Positions 44,501 through 55,135 of a stretch of DNA of 64,000 bases are shown one piece after another. The stretch lies in the NCBI RefSeq assembly GCF_009914755.1, contig NC_060936.1. One strand, given 5' to 3'. The position numbers were made by a program, and so were the translations under genes. Within the stretch, counting starts at the first letter, position 1, and the number at the start of each line of letters is the position of its first letter. The notes under the pieces are model-generated. The model did not search any database. It worked only from the letters and a program-made list of their open reading frames with translations, and was not told the origin of the DNA. The DNA comes from the human T2T-CHM13v2.0 reference genome, Homo sapiens.

Positions 44501-46690
44501 TGAGACAAATGCCCACATCACAAAACAGTTCTCAGAAAACTCCTTTCTAGTTTTTATCAGAAGATATTTCCTTTTTCAATGTTGGCGTCAGTGAGATCCC
44601 AAATATCCCTTTGCAGATTTTCCAAAAAAAGCAGTGTTTCCAAACTGCTCAATCAAAAGAAAGTTTTAACTTTGTGAGATTTATGTATTCATCCAAAGCA
44701 GTTTCTCAGAAAGCTTCAGTCTGTTTATCTGAAGATATTTCAATTTCCACAGTAGGTCTCAATGCATTCACAAATGCACCTTTGCAGATTCTACAAGGCA
44801 GTGTTTCCAAACTGTTCCATCAAAAGAATGACTAAACTCTGTGAGATGAATGCACACATCTGAAAGCAGTTTCTCATAATGGTTCTTTCCAGTTTTATTG
44901 GAAGATATTTCCTTTTTCACCATAGGCTTATTCTGCACTTCCAAATATTGGATCTCAGATTTTTGCAAAAACAGTGTTTCCATACAGCTCAATCAAAAGA
45001 AAAGTTTAACTCTGTCAGATGAATTCACACATCACAAAGCTGTTTCTCAAAAAGCTTCTATCTAGTTTTTATCTGAAGATATTTCCTTTTTCCACTATAG
45101 GCTGCAAAGCGCTCCTAAATATCCCTAAGCAGAGTCTATAAAAAGTGTTTCCGGACTGTTCCATGAAAAGAAGGATTTAACTCTGTGAGATAAAGGCACA
45201 CATCAGAGAGCAGTTCCTCATAATGCTTCTTTCCAGTTTTTATCTGAAGATATTTCTTTGTTCACCATAGGCATTTTTGCACTGTGTATTATTGCTTTGC
45301 AGATTTTGCAAAAACAGTGTTTCTGAACTGCTCTGTCAAAAGAAAGGTTTAACTCTGTAAGAGGAATGCACACATTTTGGAGCAGTTTCTCAAAAAGCTT
45401 CTTTCCAGTTTTTATCCCAAGGTATTTCATTATTAACCATAGGATTCCATGTGCTCCCAAATATGCCATTGCAGATTCTAGAGAAACCGTGTTTCCAAGC
45501 TGCTCAATCAAAAAACAGGTTTAACTATGGGAGTTGAACACAGACATAACAAAGCAGCTTCACATAAAACTTCTTTCTAGTTTTTATCTGAAGATATTTC
45601 CTTTTTCACCGTAAGCCTCATTGCTCTCCCAAATATCCCTTCACAGATTCTACAAAAACAGTGTTTCCAAACTGTCCCATCAAAAGAAGGAGTTAACTCT
45701 GTGAGATGAATGCACACATCAGTAAGAAATCTCTCATAGAGCTTTTTTCCAGGTTTTATCAAGATATTTCCTTGTTCACCATAGGCTTTTTTGGGGCTAA
45801 CTAATATCGCTTTGCAGAATTTGCAAAAACAGTGTTTCCAAACTCTCAGTCAAAAGGAAGGTTTAACATTGTAAAATGAATACACACATCACAAAGCAGT
45901 TTCTGAAAAAGCTTATCTCTAGTTTTAATCTGAAAAATTTCCTTTTTCACCATAGGCCTATCTGCGTTTTCAAATATCCCATTGCAGATTCTACAAAAGC
46001 AGTGTTTCCAAACTCCTCAATCAAAAAACAGGTTTAACTATGAGAGTTGAATGCACACATCACAAAGCAGTTTCTCAAAAAGCTTCTTTCAGGTTTTATC
46101 TGAAGATATTTCCATTTTCACAATAGGCCTTGGTGTACTCCCAAATATATCTTTGCAGATTCTACAAAAATAGTGTTTCCAAACTGTCCCATCAAAAGAA
46201 GGATTTAACTCTGTGAGATGATCAAACACATCAGAAATCAGTTTCTATTAACACTACTTTCCATTTTTATCTGAAGATATTTCATTGTTCTCCATAGGAA
46301 TTTTTGTGCTACCTAACACAGATTATGGAAAAATAGTGTTTCCAAACTTCTCAGTCAAAAGAAAAATTCAACTATGTGAGAAGAATGCAGACATCATGAA
46401 GCAGTTTCTCAAAGAGCTTGTTTCTAGTCTTTATCCAAAGATATTTCCTTTTTCACCATAGGCATAATTGTACTCCCTAATATCCCTTTGCAGATCCTAC
46501 AAAAATAGTTTTTCTGAACTGCTCAATCAATAGAAACGTTTAACTCTGTGAGAAGAATGCCCACATCACAAAGCACTTTCTCAGATAGCTTCTGTCTTGT
46601 TCTTCTCTGAAGATATTTATCTTTCTACCATAGGACTCAATGCACTCCCAAATATCCTTTCACAGTTTCTACAAAAACAGTCTTTCCAAC
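20523..46690 (-). repeat. Monomeric alpha satellite
   Basis: 171-bp alphoid motifs; several internally deleted monomers (~30115, ~41745). Confidence 0.98.
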
Positions 46691-46891
46691 AGTTTGGAAA
46701 CACTATTTTTCCATAATCTGTGTTAGGTAGCACAAAAATTCCTATGGAGAACAATGAAATATCTTCAGATAAAAATGGAAAGTAGTGTTAATAGAAACTG
46801 ATTTCTGATGTGTTTGATCATCTCACAGAGTTAAATCCTTCTTTTGATGGGACAGTTTGGAAACACTATTTTTGTAGAATCTGCAAAGATA
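46691..46891 (+). repeat. Inverted 201-bp alpha-satellite insert, exact reverse complement of 46148-46348
   Basis: Base-by-base comparison shows no mismatch, including private variants (gatgatcaaacac, ctattaacactac, acctaacacagattatgg). Confidence 0.96.
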
Positions 46892-49800
46892 ACTGTTCCA
46901 ATAAAAGCAGGACTTAACTCTGTGAGATGAATGCACACATCAGATAGCAGTTTCTCATAATGCTTCTTTCCAGTTTTTATCTGAAGATATTTCCTTTTTC
47001 ACCATAGGCTTTTTTGTGCTATGTAATATTGCTTCACAGGTTTTGTAAAAACAGTGTTTCCAAACTGTTCCATCAAAAAAAGGACTTCAGTCTGTGAGAC
47101 GAACGTACACATCAGTAAGCAGTTTCTCTTAACACTCCTTTCCAGTTTTTATCTGAATATATTTCCTTTTTAACCGCTGGCTTTTTTGCACCACTTAATA
47201 TCACTTCACAGGTTATACAAAAACAGTGTTTCCAAACTCTTCATTCAAAAGAAAGTTTTCCCCTCTGAGATGAAGGCACACATCTCAAAGCAATTTCTCA
47301 AAAATTATTTCTACTTTTTATCCAAAGATATTTTCTTTTTCATCATTGGCCTAACAGTGCTTTCAAATGTCCCATTGCAGATTCTATAAAAGCAGTGTTT
47401 CCAAACTGCTCAATAAAAAGAAAGGTTTAAATCTATGAGAAGAATGCACACATCAGCAAGCTATTTCTCAGAAATCTTCTCTGCAGTTTTCATCCAAAAT
47501 TATTACCACAGGCCTCACTGTGCTCCCAAAAATCCCTTCATAGATTCTACCAAAACAGTTTTTCTAAATGGCTTAATCAAAAGAAATGATTAACTCTGTC
47601 ACATGAGTGCACACATCACAGAGTAGTTTTTCAGAAAACTTCCTTCTTGTTTTTATCTGGAGTTATTTCGTTTTTCACCATAGGCCTCAATGTGCTCCAA
47701 AATAACCCTTCACAGATTCTGCAAAAAGGATGTTTCCAAATAGCTCCAATGAAGGAAAGATTTAACACTGTGAAGTGTATGCACACATCACAAATCACTG
47801 TCTCAGAAAGATTATTTACAGTTTTTATCTAAAGATGTTTCCTTTTTCACCATAGGCTCCTTCGTGCTACCTAATATAACTTCGCAGATTATAGAAAAAC
47901 AGGGTTTTGAAACTGCTCTATCAAAAGAAATGTTCAACTCTGTGAGATGAATGCACACATCAGAAAGTAATTTCTGATAATGCTTCTTTCCAGTTTTTCT
48001 CTGAGGATATTTCCTTTTTTACCATAGGCTTTTTTGCACTACTTATATCCCTTTGCAGATTACACAATAACTGTGTTTCCAAACTGCTCTGTCAAAAGAA
48101 AGGTTTAACTCTTTGAGATGAATGCACATATCACAGAGCAGTTTCTCAAAAACCTTCTTTGTAGTTTTTATCTGAACATATTTCCTTTTTCACCACAGTC
48201 CTAACTGTGCTTTCAAATATCCCATTGCAGATTCTACAAAAACACTGTTTCCAAACTGCTCAATCAAAAGAATGGTTTAAATCTTTGAGAAGAATGCACA
48301 CATCACAAACTGTTTCTCAGAAAGCTTCTTTGTAGTTTTTATCCAAAGTTAGTTATTTCCTTTTTCACCATTGGGTCAGTGCAATCCCAAATATCCTGTG
48401 TTAGATTCTACCAAAACAGTGATTCCAAACTGCTCAAACAAAGGAAAGGTCTAACTCTGTCAGATGAATGCACACATCAGAAAGTAGTTTCTCAGAAAGC
48501 TTCTTTTTAGTTCTTCTCTGATGACATTTCCTTTTTCATCAGAGGTCGCAATGTGCTCTCAAATATCTGTTTGTAGATTCTAGAAAAACACTTTTTCCAA
48601 ACTACTCAATGAAAAAACAGGTTTAACTCTGTGAGTTGAATGCACACATCACAAAGCAGTTTCTCAAAAAGCTTCTTTTTACTTTTTATCCGAATACATT
48701 TTCTTTTTCACCCCAGGCCTCAATGCACTACAAAATATACGTTTTCAGATTCTCCAAAAATAATGTTTCCAAACTGGTCAATCAAGAGAAAAGTTTAACT
48801 CTGTGAAATGAATGCATACTTCACAAAGATATTTCTGAGATAGCTTCTATCTAGTTCTTCTCTGAAGATATTTCCTTTTCCACCATAAGCCTCAATGTGA
48901 TCCCAAATATACCTTTACAAATTCTACAATAACAATGTTTCAAAAATGCTCAGTCAAAAGAAAGGTTTAACTCTGTGAGAAGAATGCACACATCACAAAG
49001 CACTTTCCCATATAGTTTCTCTATAGTTTCAATCTGAAGACATTTCCTTTTTCAACTTAGGCCTCAATGCACTCAAAAATATCCCTGCACTCAAAAATAT
49101 CCCTTTAAAGATTTAACAAAAACATTGTTTCCAAACTTCTCAATCAAAATAAAGATTTAGCTCCATGAGCTGAGTGAACACATCACAAAGCAGTTTCTCA
49201 GAAAACTTCTGTTAGTTTTTTTCAGAAGACATTTCCTTTTCCACAATAGGTCTCAATCCACTCCCAAATATCCCTTCACTCGCAAACCCTACAACTACAG
49301 TGTTTTCAAACTGCTCAATCAAAAGAAAGCTTTAAATCTGTGAAATGAATGCATGTATGACAAAGCTGTCTCTCAGAAAGCTTCTTACTTGTTTTTATCT
49401 GAAGATATTTCCTTTATCACTATTGGCTTCAATGTGCTCCAAAATATCCCATCACAGATTCTGCAAAAGCAGTATTTCCAAACTGCTCAATCAAAAGAAA
49501 GCTTTACATCTTTTAGATGAATGCAGACATCACAAAGAAGTTTCTCAAAAAACTTTTGTCTAGTTTTTTTCTAAAGGTATTTCCTTTCCAAACCTAGGCC
49601 TCAATGAACTCCCAAATAACCCTTCGCAGACCCTTCAAAAACAGTGTTTCCAAATTGCTCTAAAGAAAGGCTTAACTCTGTGAGATGAATGCTAACATCA
49701 CAGAGAAGTTTCTCAGAAAGCTTCTTTCTAGTTGTTCTCTGATGATATTTCCTTTTTCACCCTTGGGCCAAAGGCACTGCTAAATATCCCTTTGCAGATC

Positions 49801-50623
49801 CCACAAATACAGTGTTTAAAAACTGCTCAATCAAAAGAAATGTTTAACTCTGTGAAATGAATGCACACGTCACAAAGCAGTTTCTCAGAAAGCTTCTGTC
49901 TACTTCTCTGATGATATTTCCTTTTCCACCATAGGCCTTAATGGGCTTCCAAATATCCCTTTGCAGCTTCTACAAAAAACAGTGTTTCTGAACTGTTCCA
50001 CCAAAAAAAGGATTTAACTCTGTGAGATGAAAGCACACATCAGAAAGCAGTTTCTCATGAAACTTCTTTCCAGTTTTTATCTGAAGATATTTCCTTGTTC
50101 ACCATAGGCCTTTTTGCGCTACTTAACATCTCTTCGCAGATTATACACAAACTGTATTTCCAAACTGTTCTGTCAGATAAAAAGTTTAACTGTTTGAGAT
50201 GAATGCATATATCACAAAGCAGTTTCTCAAAAAGGTTCTTTCTAGTTTTTATCCACAGATATTCCTTTTTCAACATAGGCTTCAATGTGCTCCCAAATAT
50301 CCCTTTGCAGATTCTAGAAAGACAGTGTTTCCAAACTGCTCAATAAAAAAAAGCTTAACTCTGTGAGATGTACACACTCATAACAAAGCAGCTTCTCAAA
50401 AAGCTTCTTTCTAGAAAATATCCGAAGATATTTCCTTTTTCATAATAGGCCTCAATATGCTCCAAAATACACCTTTGCAGATTCTACCAGAACAGTATTT
50501 CCAACTGCTCAATCAATATAAAGATTTAACTCTGGGAGAAGAATGAACACATAACAGAGCAGTTTCCAGAAATCTTCTCTCTAGTTTTTATGTAAAGATA
50601 TTTGCTTTTTCAACATAGGCCTC
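46892..50623 (-). repeat. Monomeric alpha satellite
   Basis: Original orientation resumes at actgttccaataaaagcagg. Confidence 0.97.
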
Positions 50624-51408
50624 CATCAGAGAATTGCAAATCAAAAGCACAAGGAGATACCATCTCACACCAGTTAGAATGGCAATCATTAAAAAGTCAG
50701 GAAACAACAGGTGCTGGAGAGGATGGGGAGAAATAAGAACACTTTTACACTGTTGGTGGGACTGTAAATTAGCTCAACCATTGTGGAAGTCAGTGTGGCA
50801 ATTCCTCAGGGATCTAGATCTAGAAATACCATTTGATCCAGCCATCCCATTACTAGGTATATACCCAAAAGACTATAAATAATGCTGCTATAAAGACATA
50901 TGCTCACTTATATTTATTGTGGCACTATTCACAATAGCAAAGACTTGGAACCAACCGAAATATCCAACAATGATAGACTGGATTAAGAAAATGTGGCACA
51001 TATCCACCATGGAATACTATGCAGCCATAAAAAAGGATGAGTTCATGTCCTTTATAGGGACATGGATGAAATTGGAAATCATCATTCTCAGTAAACTATC
51101 ACAAGGACAAAAAACCAAACACCACATGTTCTCACTCATAGGTGGGAATTGAACAATGGGAACACATGGACACAGGAAAGGGAACATCACACTATGAGGA
51201 CTGTTGTGGAATGGGGGAGTGGGGAGGGATAGCATTAGGAGATATACCTAAAGCTAAATAAAGAATTAATGGGTGCAGCACACCAGCATGGCACATGTAT
51301 ACATACATAACTAACATGCACATTGTGCACATGTACCCTAAAACTTAAAGTATAATAATAATAAAATAAAATTAAAAAAGAATACAAGATAAATACCAAA
51401 AAAAAAAT
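50624..51408 (+). mobile_element. 5'-truncated LINE-1 (~785 bp), L1PA3-like
   Basis: ORF2 C-terminus ([23 protein letters not shown] ... MFSLIGGN). Variants aaattggaaatc, caccagcatgg, ataactaac. A-rich tail. Perfect 12-bp TSD aacataggcctc at 50612-50623 and 51409-51420. Confidence 0.95.
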
Positions 51409-54400
51409 AACATAGGCCTCAATGCACTGAAAAATATCCCTGTGCTCAAAAATATCCCTTCACAGATTCTAGAGAAACAGTGTTTCCAAACTTCTCCATC
51501 AAAAGAAAAGATGAACTCAGTGAGATGAGTGAACACATCACAAAGCAGTGTCTCAGAATGCTTCTTTCTAGTTTTTATCAGAAGATATTTCCTTTTTCAT
51601 TGTAGGCTTCAATGAGCTCCCAAATTTCCCATTTTGCAGAATCTACAAAAAAAGTTTTTCCAAACTGCTCAATCAAAACAAAGGTTTAAATCTGTGAGAT
51701 GAATGCAAACATCAAAAAGCAGTTACTCAAAAAATTTCTCTCTAGTTTTTATCTGAAGATATTTCTTTTTACATACTAGCCTTCAATGTGTGTCAAAATA
51801 TCCCTTCTGTTATTCTACAAAAACAGTATTTCCAAACTGCTCAATAAAAGGAAAGGCTTAAATCTGTCAGATGAATGCAAACAATGCAAAGAATTTTCTC
51901 AGAAAGCTTCTTTCTAGTTCTTCTCTGATTATATTTCCTTTTTCACCATAGGCCTCAATGCGTTCCGAAATATTCCTTTTCAGATTCTACAAAAACAGTG
52001 TTTCCAAACTGCTGAATCAGAAAACAGGTTGACCTCTGTGAGTTTAATGTGCACATCTCAAAGCAGTTTCTCAAAAACTTCCTTGTAGTTCTTATCTGAA
52101 GATATTTCCTTTTTCACAATTGGCTTAAGTGCACTCCCAAATATACCCTTGCAGATTCTACAAAAACAGTGTTTCCAAATTGCTCAATCAAAAGAAAGTT
52201 TAATTCTGTGAAATGAATGCACACATCAAAGAGCAATTTCTCAGATAGCTTCTGTCTACTTCTTCTCTGAAGTTATTTCCTTTTCCACCATAGCCCTCTG
52301 TGTGCTCCTAAATATCCCTTCGGAGATTCTATAAAAACAGTATTTCTGAACTGTTCCATCAAAAGAAGGATTTAACTCTGTGAGATGATTGCACTCATCA
52401 TAAAGCAGTTCCTCATAACACTTCTTTCCAGTTTTTATCTGAAGATATTTCCTTGTTCACCATACTCCTGTTGTGTGACCTGACATTGCTTCACAGATTA
52501 TACAAAAACAGTGTTTCTAAACTGCTGAGTCAAAAGAAAAGGTCAAATATGTGAGATGAATGCATACATCACAAAGCGCTTTCTCAAAAGGCTTCTTTCT
52601 AGTTTTCATCCGAAGATATTTCCTTTTACACCGTAGGCTTCAGTGCAAATTCAGTGAAATGTCCCTTTGCAGAATCTACAAATGCAGTATTTTCAAACTG
52701 CTCAATCAAAAGAAAGATTTAACTTTTTGAGAAGAATGCACACATCACAAAGCAGTTTCTCAGAAAGCTGCTCTCTAGTTTTTATCTGTAGATATTTCCT
52801 TTTTCAACATAGGCCTCAAAGTGCTCAAAAATATTCCTGGGCTAACAAATATCCCTTTGCTGATTCTACCAAAACAGTGTTTCCAAAGAGACCAATGAAA
52901 AGAAAGGGTTAATGCTGTAAGATGAATGCACACATCACAAAGCAGTTTCTCAAAAAGCTTCTTTCTAGTTTTTATCTAAAGATATTTCCTTCTTCACCAT
53001 AGGCTTTAATGCATCCCCAAATATGACTTCACAGATTCTACTAAAGCAGTGTTTCCAAACTGCTCCATCAAAAGAAAGTTTTAACTCTGTGAGACGAATG
53101 CACACATCACAAAGGAGTTTCTCAGGAAGCTTCTGTCTAGTTCTTCTCTGAAGATAATTCCTTTTCCAACATAGGCCTCAAAGCACTCCCAAATATCCCT
53201 TCACTGATTCTGCAAAAACAGTGTTTCCAAACTGTTCCATCAAAAGAAGGACTTAACTGTGTGAGACAAACACACACTTCAGAAAGCAGTTTCTCATAAC
53301 ACTTTTTTTCCAGTTTTTATCAGAAGCTATTTCCTTGTTCACCATAGGCCTTTTTGCACTACCTAATATCACTTTGCAGATTATACAAAGAAACAGGGTT
53401 TCCAAACTACTCAGGCAAAAGAAAAGTTTAACTCTGTGAGATGAGTGCATACATCACAAAGCAGTATCTCAAAATCTTCTTTCTAGTTTTTTTCCCAAGA
53501 TATTTCCTTTGTCACCATAGGCATCAGTGCACTTGCAAAAATCCCTTTGCAGATTCTACAAAAACAGTTTTTCCAAAGTGCTCTATCAAAAGAAACGTTT
53601 AAGTGTGTGAAAAGAATGCACACATCACAAAATGGTTTCTCATAAAGCTTCTTTCTAGTTTTTATCTGAAGTTATTTTCTTTTTCACCACAGGCCTCAAG
53701 CACTCCAAAATTTCCCTTCTCAGATTTCTACAAAAACATTGTTTCCAAACTGATCAATTAAAGGAAAAATTTAACTCTGTGAGATGAATGCACACATAGC
53801 AAAGCAGTTTGTCAAAAAGTTTCTCTCTTCTTTTTATCTGAAGATATTTCCTTTTTCACCATAGGCTTCAATGCACTCCCAAATATCCCTTCGCAGATTC
53901 TACAAAAACAGTGTTTCAAAACTGCCCAATCAACAGAAAGGTTTAACTGTGTGAGATGAATTCAGGCATCACAAAGCAGTTTATCAGAATGTTTCTGTCT
54001 AGTTATTATCTGAAGATATTTCCTTTTCCACCATAGGCCTCAATGAGCTCCCAATCTCCCTTCGAAGATTCTACAAAAACAGTGTCTCTAACTGATCCAT
54101 CAAAAGGAAGACTTAACTCTATGAGATTAATGCACACATCAGAAAGCAGTTTCTCATAATGCTTCTTCACAGATTTTATCTAAAGATATTTCCTTGTTCA
54201 TGATAGCCTTTTTTGTGCTACCAAATATTGCTTCACAGATTTTGCAAAAACAGTGTTTCCAAACTGCTCAGTCAAAAGAAAGTTTAACTCTGTAAGATGA
54301 ATGCATACATCACAAAGCAGTTACTCAAAAATCTTCTTTCTAGTTTTCATCTGAAGATATTTCCTTTTTTGCCATAGTCATCAGTGTATTCCCAAATATC

Positions 54401-54834
54401 CCTTTGCAGATTCTACAAAAAGAGTGTTTGCAAACTACTCAATCAAAAGAAACGTTTAACACTGTAAGAAGAATACAAAAATCACAAAGCAGTTTCTAAG
54501 AAACCTTCTTTCTGGTTTTTATCCGAAATTATTTAATTTTTCAGCATAGACCTCATGCACTCCCTAATATCCCATTGCAGATTCTAGAAAAACAATGTTT
54601 CCAAACTGATCAATCAAAAGAAAGTGTCAACTCTGTGAGATGAATACACACATCATAAAGCCGTTTCTCAGAAAGCTTCTTTCTAGTTTTTATCCAAAGC
54701 ATTTCCTTTTTCACCATAGGCTTTAATGTGCTCCCAAATATCCCTTTGCAGATTCTACAAAAACAGTGTTTACAAACTGCTCAATCAAAAGTTTCAACTC
54801 TGTGAGATGAATGTACACATCACAAAGCAGTTTC
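51409..54834 (-). repeat. Monomeric alpha satellite
   Basis: 171-bp alphoid motifs. Confidence 0.97.
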
Positions 54835-55135
54835 TTTTTTCTTTTCTTTTTTTTGAGATGGAGTTTCGCTCTGTTGCCCAGGCTGGAGTGCAGTGGCCCG
54901 AGCTCAGATCACTGCAAGCTTCACCTCCTGGTTTCTCACCATTCTCCTGCCTCATCCTCCTGAATAGCTGGGACTACAGGTGCCTGCTACCATGCCCAGC
55001 TAATCTTTTGTATTTTTAATAGAAATGGGGTTTCACCATGTTAGCCACGATGGTCTCGATCTCCTGACCTTGTGATCCACTTGTCTCGGCCTCCCAAAGT
55101 GCTGGGATTACAGGCATGAGCCACTGCACCTGGCC
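54835..55135 (-). mobile_element. Older, CpG-decayed AluY-family element
   Basis: Minus strand GGCCAGGTGCAGTGG..., GATCACAAGGTC, CTGTAGTCCC, AGCTTGCAG. Interrupted A tail; no clean TSD. Confidence 0.92.
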
